In this document: positions 22,301 to 31,340 of the stretch, piece after piece | Position numbering within the stretch: the stretch's first letter is position 1 | Layout: each line of letters opens with the position of its first letter | Notes under the pieces: model-generated | The model's database searches: none | What the model was told of the DNA's origin: nothing | What the model saw: only the letters and a program-made list of their open reading frames with translations | NCBI GenBank assembly: GCA_045562595.1 | Contig: JBJKVN010000004.1 | Span: 41,460-105,459, forward strand | Direction: 5' to 3' | Length of the DNA: 64,000 nucleotides | Origin: Tepidiformaceae bacterium | Lineage (GTDB): Bacteria; Chloroflexota; Dehalococcoidia; Tepidiformales; Tepidiformaceae | Made by a program: the position numbers and the translations under genes

Positions 22301-23836
22301 TTAAAGCGGTATATTTCCATGCTTTTTGGGCGGATTTCGATCGGCCTTATTTTGTAACATCTCTAGAGAGCGCACAATTTTTTGTCTTGTTTCCCTAGGG
22401 TCGATTACGTCATCAAGAAATCCTCTTCCTGCAGGAATATAAGGATTTCCAAATTTTTCTTTATATTCTGCTACAAGTTCTGCACGTTTTTTTTCTGGAT
22501 CTTTTGCTTCAGCTAAGTCACGTCGATTGATTATAGAGATTGCTTGGTCTGGTCCCATAACAGCTAGTTCTGCTCCTGGCCACGCAAAATTCATATCTCC
22601 ACGTAGGTGTTTGCTGGACATGACTAAATATGCACCCCCGTATGCTTTTCTAAGTACTATTGCAATTTTTGGAACCGTTGCTTCACTGTACGCAAAAAGT
22701 AGCTTTGCTCCGTGTGTAATGATGCCATTATGTTCTTGACTGCTTCCAGGTAAGTATCCAGGGATATCAACCAAGGTAACTACCGGAATATTAAAGCAAT
22801 CGCAAAAGCGGACAAATCGTGCAGCTTTGCGACTAGCTTCTGTATCTAGCACTCCTGCAAGTTGCATTGGTTGATTGCAGACAAAACCAACGGTTGTTCC
22901 CATCATCCTTCCAAATCCGACCACTATATTTTGAGCATAGTTTTCATGTACCTCTAGAAAGTCTCCGTTATCGATAAGACGATAGATAACTTCACGTACG
23001 TCATAAGGACGGTTTGGTTCGTCAGGAATTATGCTAAGCAGCTCTTCATTTGCAGCTTCGTTGGGTTCTAGCCCGGGAATTAGTGGTGCGTCTTCTGCAT
23101 TGTTTGAAGGTAGGAATGATAGTAACCGTCGTACTTCGGCTAATGTTTCTCGTTCTCCTTCGATTGCAAAGTGTGCCACTCCTGATTGTCTAGCGTGTGC
23201 ATCTGCACCTCCTAACTCCTCATGCGTAATTTCTTCGCCGGTTACAGAACGAATTACATCTGGTCCTGTGATATACATCTGACCTATCCCGTCAGTCATG
23301 AAGATGAAATCAGTAATTGCAGGGCTATAAACTGCACCGCCAGCACAGGGGCCCATGATTACGCTAATCTGGGGTATTACTCCACTGGCCAAAGTATTCA
23401 TTGCAAACATTTCACCAAAACCCCGAAGGCTTTCTGGTCCATCTTGAATTCTTGCCCCACCAGAATCTTGTATACCTACTATCGGAGCTCCCGTCATCAT
23501 GGCTAGGTCCATGACTTTCAGAATTTTTTCTGCTACTGCTTCACTTAGAGAACCTCCTAGAACAGTAAAGTCATAGGAAAAAAGATAAACGGGACGACCG
23601 TCGACATGTCCCCAACCTGTGACTACTGCTTCGGGACCACGTTCTACGTTCCTCGGTTTTACAAGTGGGTCGAGTTCTTCGAAAGTTCCTTCATCGAGAA
23701 GGATCTCAATGCGCTCACGGGCCGTTAACTTACCTCTTTCATGTTGTGCTTCTATACGTTTTTCACCACCACCAGCAAGTGCTTCAGCTTTTCGATTCTG
23801 TAAGTCTTCTAGTTGTTGGTCTGCTATTTCAGGCAT
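22301..23836 (-). CDS. Acyl-CoA carboxylase carboxyltransferase beta subunit (propionyl-CoA carboxylase beta / methylmalonyl-CoA carboxyltransferase 12S family)
   Basis: 511 aa with two crotonase-like halves. GGGEKRIEAQHERGKLTARERI..., GPCAGGAVYSPA and RKAYGGAY are family hallmarks. Confidence 0.92.
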   Translation of the reverse strand: MPEIADQQLEDLQNRKAEALAGGGEKRIEAQHERGKLTARERIEILLDEGTFEELDPLVKPRNVERGPEAVVTGWGHVDGRPVYLFSYDFTVLGGSLSEAVAEKILKVMDLAMMTGAPIVGIQDSGGARIQDGPESLRGFGEMFAMNTLASGVIPQISVIMGPCAGGAVYSPAITDFIFMTDGIGQMYITGPDVIRSVTGEEITHEELGGADAHARQSGVAHFAIEGERETLAEVRRLLSFLPSNNAEDAPLIPGLEPNEAANEELLSIIPDEPNRPYDVREVIYRLIDNGDFLEVHENYAQNIVVGFGRMMGTTVGFVCNQPMQLAGVLDTEASRKAARFVRFCDCFNIPVVTLVDIPGYLPGSSQEHNGIITHGAKLLFAYSEATVPKIAIVLRKAYGGAYLVMSSKHLRGDMNFAWPGAELAVMGPDQAISIINRRDLAEAKDPEKKRAELVAEYKEKFGNPYIPAGRGFLDDVIDPRETRQKIVRSLEMLQNKADRNPPKKHGNIPL

Positions 23837-23905
23837 AGCGCCACCTCTTAAAAATATAGGACTAAGTATAGTTTCCTATGATAAGTGATTTTTTTTTACA
23901 GTTTG

Positions 23906-23978
23906 TGGAGACAGGGGGATTTGAACCCCCGACCTCAGCATTGCGAACGCTGCGCTCTCCCAACTGAGCTATGTCCCC
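23906..23978 (-). tRNA. tRNA-Ala (anticodon CGC)
   Basis: The reverse complement is GGGGACATAGCTCAGTTGGGAGAGCGCAGCGTTCGCAATGCTGAGGTCGGGGGTTCAAATCCCCCTGTCTCCA. It folds as a cloverleaf: 7-bp acceptor stem with the G3:U70 Ala identity pair, D arm GCTC/GAGC, anticodon stem CAGCG/TGCTG with loop TTCGCAA (anticodon CGC), and T arm GGGGG/CCCCC with a TTCAAAT loop. The 3' CCA is not encoded. Confidence 0.95.
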
Positions 23979-24025
23979 ATACTAAGTATCGTAGGAAGAG
24001 CGAACAAGCAAAGCAAATCGAGGGA

Positions 24026-24187
24026 TTACTCGCGCTTCCCGCCACGGCCGATTCTATAACTAGTCTCTCCCGTGAATTCTTTTTCTGTACCACATTTTTT
24101 GCAGGTACCGTAAGTCAGTTCACCGCTAGGTGGGGCGAGTTTCCAGTGATGCGTACATTCAGTATCAATAGTTTCAACGTTTGTCAT
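24026..24187 (-). CDS. Small zinc-ribbon protein (53 aa), uncharacterised
   Basis: Below the 60-aa track cutoff, so I translated it by hand: MTNVETIDTECTHHWKLAPPSGELTYGTCKKCGTEKEFTGETSYRIGRGGKRE*. It has a C-x-HH...C-x2-C metal-binding pattern, an AGGGA SD-like element about 7 nt upstream of the ATG, and a basic tail. Confidence 0.5.
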   Translation of the reverse strand: MTNVETIDTECTHHWKLAPPSGELTYGTCKKCGTEKEFTGETSYRIGRGGKRE

Positions 24188-24206
24188 TTTCGATCCCTTT
24201 CGAAAT

Positions 24207-24250
24207 AAACCTCGAAGTGAGAGGCGGGATATCTAACTTCAGGGTTTTTT
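24207..24250 (-). terminator. Hairpin with flanking A/T runs downstream of rimM (possible bidirectional intrinsic terminator)
   Basis: AAACCTCGAAGT (24207..24218) pairs with ACTTCAGGGTTT (24236..24247): 11 bp with one mismatch and a 17-nt loop. TTTTTT follows on the plus strand and TTTATTT on the minus strand. It lies 33 nt after the rimM stop. Confidence 0.4.
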
Positions 24251-24282
24251 AGTGTAAGGAAAGTTGAAAAGGCTTTCAATAC

Positions 24283-24828
24283 CTAAGTTGGGTTGTCTAT
24301 CGGATAATTTTCTAATCTTATTTTTATTAAACCTTCTGTAAGGTTTATTTCTTCGATCACTTCTTTTGTTGCAGGTATGAGAATCTCCCTATCATCCTTT
24401 TTAATCATATAGACATCATTTGCGCCAGGTTGGAGTACTTCTTCCAGTTTACCGATGAACTGGTTGTTTTCATCAAAAACTTCTAAGCCCTCTATCTCAT
24501 GTATGAACCAAGAATTCTCTTCTCGTTCTAGTTTGTCTTCATGTACTTCTAAGAGAAGACCATTCGCTTCTGACGCTTTTGTTCGGGTGTCTATTCCTGA
24601 AACATTAATCACAAGGAAGCCTTGATTTGCTCTCATTGATTTAATTCGAACATCTATGCCTTTAAGTTGAACGGAGCGACCTACATCTAGGTGTTTTGTA
24701 GAGGGGTTGAAGGGTTTCACCCTTAGTGCTCCGTCTGTTCCATGCGGTCCTACGATTAGTCCGACAGCTGCGAAGCCTTCACGAGGTTCAGTACTTTTAG
24801 TCACCAATTTCCAAGCCGACGCGAGCAT
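24283..24828 (-). CDS. rimM: 16S rRNA processing protein RimM
   Basis: 181 aa. VGLIVGPHGTDGALRVKPF (RimM N-domain) plus a PRC-barrel C-domain. It holds the conserved position after rpsP and the KH protein. Confidence 0.88.
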   Translation of the reverse strand: MLASAWKLVTKSTEPREGFAAVGLIVGPHGTDGALRVKPFNPSTKHLDVGRSVQLKGIDVRIKSMRANQGFLVINVSGIDTRTKASEANGLLLEVHEDKLEREENSWFIHEIEGLEVFDENNQFIGKLEEVLQPGANDVYMIKKDDREILIPATKEVIEEINLTEGLIKIRLENYPIDNPT

Positions 24829-25039
24829 CTTCTTTAATGGCAGCCACTTTTAGGAGTGAACGAATGGCAGATGCAACCCTCCCGTTCCGACCAATCACAC
24901 GGCCCATATCGCCATCAGCAACATCAAGATGAATAATCAAGCGGTCATCACCTTGATCTTCACTAACTTTTACTTCATCGGGCTCATTTACTAGGGTTTT
25001 AGCGACATATTCAACGATGTCTGACATCTTAGAACTCAT
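24797..25039 (-). CDS. KH-domain RNA-binding protein (UPF0109/YlqC family)
   Basis: 80 aa. VGRVIGRNGRVASAIRSLL is the KH GxxG core. Classical rpsP-ylqC-rimM arrangement. Confidence 0.88.
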   Translation of the reverse strand: MSSKMSDIVEYVAKTLVNEPDEVKVSEDQGDDRLIIHLDVADGDMGRVIGRNGRVASAIRSLLKVAAIKEDARVGLEIGD

Positions 25040-25494
25040 TATTCTGTTTTCTCCGGTTTGGTGTCTTCTGTTTCTAATTCGTTAGAAGTTTCATTTGTTT
25101 CTGAATCAATTTCCCCAGCAAGTTCTTCTGTAGAAGGGGTAGCATCCACAGTTTCAGCAGGTTCACTTTCAGAAGTTGCGAGACTTGGACTAGCGTCTTC
25201 AGTCTTTTCTGACTCTTGATCTATAGTATCTGTGGAGATGGATTCCGGAATAATTCCGCCTGAATCCAGTCTTTTTAAAATTTTTGCAACGGCCTCTGAA
25301 GGTTGTGCACCTTGGTCGATCCAATTCTTGATAACATCCTTATTTATGGTTGTTGTGGGCGGATTCGCATGGGGATTGTAGGATCCTAAGATTTCTAAAA
25401 AAGCCCCGTCCCTAGGTGAACGTTGATCTGCTACTACAACGCGGTAAAAGTTCTGTCCCTTTTTACCACTTCGTCTTAAACGAATACGAAGCAT
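25039..25494 (-). CDS. rpsP: 30S ribosomal protein S16 with a ~70-aa acidic C-terminal extension
   Basis: MLRIRLRRSGKKGQNFYRVVVADQRSPRDG...GSYNP is canonical S16 (about 85 aa). The remaining residues are a Ser/Thr/Glu/Asp-rich tail. Confidence 0.95.
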   Translation of the reverse strand: MLRIRLRRSGKKGQNFYRVVVADQRSPRDGAFLEILGSYNPHANPPTTTINKDVIKNWIDQGAQPSEAVAKILKRLDSGGIIPESISTDTIDQESEKTEDASPSLATSESEPAETVDATPSTEELAGEIDSETNETSNELETEDTKPEKTE

Positions 25495-25559
25495 GTGCCC
25501 TCACTGTGTATAGATGTCTATTGATGCTAGCTTAATAGTTTCTTATGTGCGCAGTCTAT

Positions 25560-26885
25560 CTATCTAAAATTTCCAAGTGACGGAATATTACCCCGCATTA
25601 CTTGTCGGGCGATCTTACGTGCTTCAAAAAATTGTTTAAGTAGCCGATTGACTTCTGCAGGCGTTTGTCCTGAACCGTTTGCAATACGTCTTCGACGCTT
25701 GCCATCTATTGATTCTGGACGTTGTCTTTCTCGTGGCGTCATAGATAGGACGATTGCCTCTACATGATCGATATATGATTCGTCCAAATCACTACTTAAA
25801 GGGTTTGTTTTCATTTGCTTAAAGCCTGGTAGCATTTGTGCTATTTGGTTTAATGAACCCATTTGTTTAACTTGTTTTAGCTGTTCGATGAAATCTTGTA
25901 GATCGAAGGTTCCTTGTTTTAGCTTCTCATTCATTTTTTCTGGGTTATCGTTGCCCATCGAAGCCTTGGCTTTTTCTACCAAACTTAAAACATCTCCCAT
26001 CCCTAAGATTCGGCTAGCAATTCTTTCAGGGTGAAAAATTTCAAGGGCATTTGGTGTTTCTCCAGTCCCCATAAATTTAATTGGAACGCCAAGAACTTCG
26101 CGAAGACTTAATGCGGCACCTCCACGTGCATCTCCATCAATTTTCGTTAGTATTACGCCCGTAATATTTGTGTGTTCGTGAAATTCTTTTGCTGCGTTCA
26201 CCGTGTCTTGTCCAGACATGGCGTCTGCTACGAACAAGATTTCATGTGGTTTAACTTTGGTATATATTTCTTTAATTTCATTCATCAGAGCCGTATCTAT
26301 GTGTAGGCGACCTGCAGTATCAATGATAACGTGTGTGGCATTGATTTCTTTTGCTTGTTTTATTGCATTGGAAGCAATTTCAACTGGTAGTTGAGAATCC
26401 TCTTCTTTATAACAGGGGATATCTACTTGTTGTGCTAAGGCTGCAAGTTGTTCTATTGCTGCTGGACGATAGACGTCACAGGCAGCAACTAAAGGGTGCA
26501 GTCCTTGGCCTTTTAAGTAGTTTGCCAGTTTTGCTGTACTCGTTGTTTTTCCTGACCCCTGCAGTCCTGCCATTAAGATAATGGTTGGTGGATCTGGTGA
26601 TCTTACTAGCTCACTGGAGTCAGTACCCAGAGTAGCAATCATTTCTTGATTTACGATATCTATTATTTGTTGAGCAGGTGTCAAGCTTTTAAGGATGCCT
26701 GCTCCAGATGTCTTTGTTCGTATGCGAGATATGAGCTCTTTTACTACGCGAAAGTTTACATCAGCTTCAAGTAGTGCAAGTCTCACATCACGTAGAACAG
26801 TATCTAAATCTTTTTCCGTTACAGAACCATGGTTCCCAAAGCGCTGAAACGCTGCCTGCAAGTTGTTGGTCAGTGTGTCAAACAT
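25560..26885 (-). CDS. ffh: Signal recognition particle protein Ffh (SRP54)
   Basis: 441 aa with N, G and M domains: GLQGSGKTTSTAKLA, DTAGRL, TKIDGDARGGAALS, and a Met-rich M domain. Confidence 0.96.
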   Translation of the reverse strand: MFDTLTNNLQAAFQRFGNHGSVTEKDLDTVLRDVRLALLEADVNFRVVKELISRIRTKTSGAGILKSLTPAQQIIDIVNQEMIATLGTDSSELVRSPDPPTIILMAGLQGSGKTTSTAKLANYLKGQGLHPLVAACDVYRPAAIEQLAALAQQVDIPCYKEEDSQLPVEIASNAIKQAKEINATHVIIDTAGRLHIDTALMNEIKEIYTKVKPHEILFVADAMSGQDTVNAAKEFHEHTNITGVILTKIDGDARGGAALSLREVLGVPIKFMGTGETPNALEIFHPERIASRILGMGDVLSLVEKAKASMGNDNPEKMNEKLKQGTFDLQDFIEQLKQVKQMGSLNQIAQMLPGFKQMKTNPLSSDLDESYIDHVEAIVLSMTPRERQRPESIDGKRRRRIANGSGQTPAEVNRLLKQFFEARKIARQVMRGNIPSLGNFR

Positions 26886-26929
26886 CTTCGTTATTAGTCC
26901 GTAACCTGTTCAGCTTGTTCTTACAAGCC

Positions 26930-27949
26930 TTAGTTCAATCCTTTTTCTACCACGAGTGCACATAAATCTGATAATCGACAGGCATATCCCCATTCATTGT
27001 CATACCATGCCGCAATTTTGACCATGTTTCCTGCGATTACATTTGTTGATTGTCCGTCCACTATGCTAGATCTTTCATCTGCTTTCATGTCCATAGAAAC
27101 AACAGGATCATGAGTAATTCCAAGGATTCCGTTCATTTCATTCGCGGCAATTTTTTCAATTGTAGAGTTCACTTCTTCAACGCTTGTTTCACGTTCAGTT
27201 AGAGCAACTATTTCAACAATTGAAACAGTTGGGGTAGGTACTCGATAAGCTAATCCATCCAGTTTTCCTTCGACTTCTGGAATAACTAGGCGTAATGCTC
27301 GCGCAGCACCAGTTGAAGTTGGTACGATATTCATTCCACCTGATCGCATCTCTCGTGGATTGCCTCCTCCTGCTTGGTCCAGAATTTTTTGTGAGCTCGT
27401 ATATGAGTGAACTGTGGTCATTTGACCTTTAACAAACCCAAAATGATCTACTAAGACTTTCACAACCGGTGCTAATCCATTCGTTGTGCAACTTGCGTTT
27501 GAAATTACGTGATGTTCCCGAGGGTTATATAATTTGTCATTTACTCCTAAAACAATGGTGAGGTCTTCATTTTTTGCAGGTGCACTGATGATTACTTTTT
27601 TCACACTGTCTCTTCTATGTTCAGCTGCTTTTGTTGCGTCAGTGAAAAAGCCAGTAGATTCAATAACTATTTCTGTTCCAACAGATTCCCACGGGATGTT
27701 TCCAGGTTCGCGTTCGTTAAAAACATTTACTAGACGACCATCAATTTCTATACCATCTTGAGTTGGTTTAATTTCACCTTGCCAGCGTCCATAATTGCTG
27801 TCGTATTTAAGTAAAGTTGCACTAGTTTCGTTATCAACTAAATCATTTACCGCTACAACCTGCAATATGTCTGAATGTCTTTCATTAATGGTTTTCATGA
27901 CTTGGCGTCCAATTCGACCGAATCCGTTAATCCCAACTTTAGTTACCAC
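26930..27949 (-). CDS. gap: Glyceraldehyde-3-phosphate dehydrogenase (type I)
   Basis: GTG start with AGGAG 6 nt upstream. VGINGFGRIGR, SNASCTTN (catalytic Cys) and WYDNEWGY. Confidence 0.96.
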   Translation of the reverse strand: MVTKVGINGFGRIGRQVMKTINERHSDILQVVAVNDLVDNETSATLLKYDSNYGRWQGEIKPTQDGIEIDGRLVNVFNEREPGNIPWESVGTEIVIESTGFFTDATKAAEHRRDSVKKVIISAPAKNEDLTIVLGVNDKLYNPREHHVISNASCTTNGLAPVVKVLVDHFGFVKGQMTTVHSYTSSQKILDQAGGGNPREMRSGGMNIVPTSTGAARALRLVIPEVEGKLDGLAYRVPTPTVSIVEIVALTERETSVEEVNSTIEKIAANEMNGILGITHDPVVSMDMKADERSSIVDGQSTNVIAGNMVKIAAWYDNEWGYACRLSDLCALVVEKGLN

Positions 27950-27993
27950 TTGATACTCCTCAAATATGTTTTTTCAACTTCGCACTCTAAACA

Positions 27994-28641
27994 TTAATGG
28001 TGCGGGCCAGCTTGCACCAGTGCTGCTAATGAAGCAGGAGTCAAAATAGGACTTTCGTAACCTGCCCAACCAGCACTTATGGCAACACTACCGTGCGAAA
28101 TTATGCTGTTTATATCAAATGTTTCGCCACCGATATAGAGGCTGCTTGATTTTTCGTGTCCTAGCAAGTCGTAGCATTCACTAAATTGTGAACCTGGGTC
28201 CCAAGATTTGTTTTCATCCGTGCCTATGATTGCTGTAAAAAAACGGTCTAGACCTGTTGATTGAATTCTTTTGGTTGCTTCACTATATGGCCATCGTGAA
28301 ATAACTCCAATTTCCGTGAGATCTCGGATTTTATCTAATGCCATTCCTATTCCATCAAAAACCAACAGGTGTTTTAAACTGCTCCGCCGTTCCATTCGTA
28401 GACATAGTGCTAGACATGCTTGTTGGATTTCCCTGTTTTCTATTAACAGGGAAATCACATCTTCCCAGGGGCGCGTACGGTACTCTTCTAGCAATGGATG
28501 CGGATCAATTCTTTTTCCAAGAGTACTTAGAATTGCTTCCTCAATTGTGTAACACCAGGCAGTCCGATCATCGATAAGCGTTTCGTCTAAGTCAAAAATT
28601 ACACAATCATAACTATTAGGATTTTCATATCGGATAACCAT
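27994..28641 (-). CDS. HAD-superfamily hydrolase
   Basis: 215 aa with motif I VIFDLDETLID. Subfamily IA-like layout. The substrate is unknown. Confidence 0.7.
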   Translation of the reverse strand: MVIRYENPNSYDCVIFDLDETLIDDRTAWCYTIEEAILSTLGKRIDPHPLLEEYRTRPWEDVISLLIENREIQQACLALCLRMERRSSLKHLLVFDGIGMALDKIRDLTEIGVISRWPYSEATKRIQSTGLDRFFTAIIGTDENKSWDPGSQFSECYDLLGHEKSSSLYIGGETFDINSIISHGSVAISAGWAGYESPILTPASLAALVQAGPHH

Positions 28642-29228
28642 TAAGAGATTCTGTATTTATTTAAACCATCTTGATAGTCTTCTGGTGTATTTAAATCCAT
28701 TAAGCAGGAATCATCGGTTTCAATTTCTGAAATTTTTTTAATTTTCCCTAATACTCCTTTTAGACCTAATTCTTTTTCAGTTGCTGATATTAAAAGATGG
28801 CGAAATTTTCCATTTAGCAGTACCGGATGGCCATGCTTTCCTTGATAATTCGGGCGAGTTGCTTCATTTTTCTCAGCTAAATGTATTTCTAATAGCTTCT
28901 TAATAAGTGTTTTAGTTCTTGGCTGATCTATATTGAGGATCAAAATTGTGTTTGCAGTGGCACTTATAGCTTTCGCCCCAGCACGGAGGGAGCTAGCACG
29001 ACCTTGGTGGTAAAGAGAATTTGATACTATTCGTACATCAAGATTGCGAAGGTTTCTACGGATTTCATCAGATTGATATCCAAGTACTACAACAATTTCA
29101 TCGGCACCACCTTCTTTTAGTTGATTTATTTGGTAGTTAATTAAGGGTTCGCCGAACCAGTCCAACATTGCTTTGGGTTTGCCCATACGAGATGACATGC
29201 CGGCAGCTAAAAGTATGCAGGCGTTCAT
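28641..29228 (-). CDS. MobA/MocA-like nucleotidyltransferase (NTP_transf_3 family)
   Basis: 195 aa. ILLAAGMSSRMGKPKAML N-terminal nucleotide-binding loop and a GHPVLL motif as in MocA-type cytidylyltransferases. ATGA-type overlap with plsC. Confidence 0.7.
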   Translation of the reverse strand: MNACILLAAGMSSRMGKPKAMLDWFGEPLINYQINQLKEGGADEIVVVLGYQSDEIRRNLRNLDVRIVSNSLYHQGRASSLRAGAKAISATANTILILNIDQPRTKTLIKKLLEIHLAEKNEATRPNYQGKHGHPVLLNGKFRHLLISATEKELGLKGVLGKIKKISEIETDDSCLMDLNTPEDYQDGLNKYRIS

Positions 29229-29917
29229 GCTTCAACTCTTTTTACATCAGTGTTATTACGTCGATACTCTCGAGGTAATAATTGCTCTACAGCTTTTGCA
29301 ATTTCTTCAGTTAGCGATACAACATTTTCATTATTTGGATTCTCTCTCATGACCGTAATCGGCGCGCCAACATTTAAAGCTAGAGGAGGCCGGGTAATTA
29401 AATGAAAAGGTGTTTTAACTTTGTCTGTCAATGAAACACCGCAAGGAATGATAGTTGCGCCTGATCGTAATGCTAAAACGGCCGTACCACGATGAAATTT
29501 GCCCATTCTTCCAGTACGACTACGTGTTCCTTCTGGAAACATAACTAACGTATTACCTTCTAGGAGTAGATCCTCAGCATGTTTCATAGCCTCTATATCC
29601 CTTTTACCTCGTTCGATTGAAAAGGCACCGAACCAAGCCATAATTTGTCTCCAAAAAGGTATTAAGAAGAGTTCACTTTTAGCCATGTAGCGCATCTGCA
29701 AAGGAAGAGCAATAGTAAGAACTACGACATCAAGATTATTTTGGTGATTTGAAACCACAATTCGCGGACCGGTGTTTGGGACTTGTGTTAGCCCTTTGAC
29801 TTGTAATTGAGCAAATAAGAAAACTATCCATCGACCGAATTGCAAGAATAACCAATAAAAACGTGGGGAGTATTGTAGTAAGGGTAGATGGATAATGCCT
29901 AGTATTTTGATAAGCAT
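29225..29917 (-). CDS. plsC: 1-acyl-sn-glycerol-3-phosphate acyltransferase
   Basis: 230 aa. Acyltransferase motifs NHQNNLD (HxxxxD) and FPEGTRS. Confidence 0.85.
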   Translation of the reverse strand: MLIKILGIIHLPLLQYSPRFYWLFLQFGRWIVFLFAQLQVKGLTQVPNTGPRIVVSNHQNNLDVVVLTIALPLQMRYMAKSELFLIPFWRQIMAWFGAFSIERGKRDIEAMKHAEDLLLEGNTLVMFPEGTRSRTGRMGKFHRGTAVLALRSGATIIPCGVSLTDKVKTPFHLITRPPLALNVGAPITVMRENPNNENVVSLTEEIAKAVEQLLPREYRRNNTDVKRVEA

Positions 29918-30591
29918 TAGATTTTGGACTTATTAATGTGTCTGACTGCCATATGAACCATCTCTTTCACGTTATTTATACCAGTTTCTAAGACTATTGC
30001 ATCTGTTGCAGGACGTAAGGGGCTGATAGTACGTGAGCTATCTATTTTATCTCTGGACCTGATGAGTTCTTCAATTTTATTTTTTGTTTGGGATGTTTCG
30101 GCTTGTCTACGTTCTGCGCGGATCGTTTCGGGTGCTTGCAAAAAAAATTTTATTGGTGCATTTGGTAAAACAACTGTACCGATGTCTCGACCAGCCAAAA
30201 TGGAAGGGACATCTTTTGCAAATTTTCTTTGTAGATCGACCATATAATTTCTTATACCTGCAAGTGCACTGTACTGGCTGACAAGCATTTCGATTTCTGA
30301 AGTATGCAAAAGTTCGGTCACATCTTTATCCTCGATTGTTATTCGTGCCCATTGGTCCGTTGTAATTCTAATACCGATTGTTTTAGTTAATTCAGTGCAG
30401 GCACCTGGATTGCTCGGCGGGACCTTTTCGTTGATTGCTAAATATGTAATAGCGCGATACATAAGTCCTGTATCTAAAAAAGAAATTCCGAAGATTTCGG
30501 ATAGGGCGCGACCTAAGGTTGTTTTGCCTGAAGCTGCAGCACCATCGATCGCTATAGGCAGAACACTTGCATTAAGAGTATTTTCCTTCAT
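29917..30591 (-). CDS. cmk: Cytidylate kinase
   Basis: 224 aa. IAIDGAAASGKTT P-loop, DTGLMYRA and GRDIGTVV. Confidence 0.92.
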   Translation of the reverse strand: MKENTLNASVLPIAIDGAAASGKTTLGRALSEIFGISFLDTGLMYRAITYLAINEKVPPSNPGACTELTKTIGIRITTDQWARITIEDKDVTELLHTSEIEMLVSQYSALAGIRNYMVDLQRKFAKDVPSILAGRDIGTVVLPNAPIKFFLQAPETIRAERRQAETSQTKNKIEELIRSRDKIDSSRTISPLRPATDAIVLETGINNVKEMVHMAVRHINKSKI

Positions 30592-31340
30592 TGCCTATTT
30601 TCCGTTCCTTTGAAGGGTGCATAAAGTGTAGCTATTTCATCTGAACTTAAACTGCGGAACTCACCTATTTTTAAAGTTCCAAGATTTAGGAGTCCGATGC
30701 GAACTCTTCTCAAAGTTTGAATTCTTCTTTGCATTATTCCCATCATCCGGCGGATCTCTCGATTCTTGCCTTCTTGTAATGTTATTAAAAGCCAGCGATC
30801 CTCTTCCGAATCTGATGTGTTAGATTCTCTTGCTCTTTCGACTGCAGTAGCTTTTAGAAGTTCTCCTTTTTCGTAGACCCCTCGCATTAAACGTAAGCGT
30901 TGTACTTTTCCTAGAGGGCGGTCTATTTCAACAAGGTATTCCTTTTCCACTCTATGCTTTGGATGAGTTAGTAAATTGGTGAGTTGTCCATCATTTGTGA
31001 GTAAAATTAATCCTTCTGACTCAAGATCAAGTCTTCCGACTGGATGCATTTTTATATCATTTTTCCCTAAAAGATCTAGCACTGTTTTTCTCCCACGATC
31101 ATCGCGTGCAGAGGTTAATACACCAGGTGGTTTATTTAATGCTACGTATCGATATTTTTGAAAGCTTATAGGAATATTATCTACGGTGATGAGATCATCA
31201 ATGGGATTCGCTCGGGCACCTAAGATATTCTGAATTTTCCCATTTACGGCAACTCTATTACCAACGATCATTTTTTCGGCGTCTCGACGAGACGCAATCC
31301 CTGCGTTAGATAGAATTTTTTGTAGACGTTCTGTAGACAT
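30588..31340 (-). CDS. rluB: Pseudouridine synthase, RsuA/RluB family, with N-terminal S4 domain
   Basis: 250 aa. ERLQKILSNAGIASRRDAEKMI (S4 domain), the GRLD catalytic Asp motif (HPVGRLDLESEGLILLTNDG) and KEY.V. Confidence 0.85.
   Translation of the reverse strand: MSTERLQKILSNAGIASRRDAEKMIVGNRVAVNGKIQNILGARANPIDDLITVDNIPISFQKYRYVALNKPPGVLTSARDDRGRKTVLDLLGKNDIKMHPVGRLDLESEGLILLTNDGQLTNLLTHPKHRVEKEYLVEIDRPLGKVQRLRLMRGVYEKGELLKATAVERARESNTSDSEEDRWLLITLQEGKNREIRRMMGIMQRRIQTLRRVRIGLLNLGTLKIGEFRSLSSDEIATLYAPFKGTENRQ

Noticed and set aside
23885-24208. 107-aa plus-strand ORF spanning the tRNA-Ala region.
   Set aside because: It runs antisense through a well-folded tRNA gene and through the minus-strand zinc-ribbon ORF. 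It has no SD and is a shadow ORF.
26913-26928. Small hairpin GCTTGT-TCTT-ACAAGC just after the gap stop, as a terminator.
   Set aside because: It has only 6 bp and no following U-tract on the minus strand. ffh starts 28 nt further on, so read-through is more likely.
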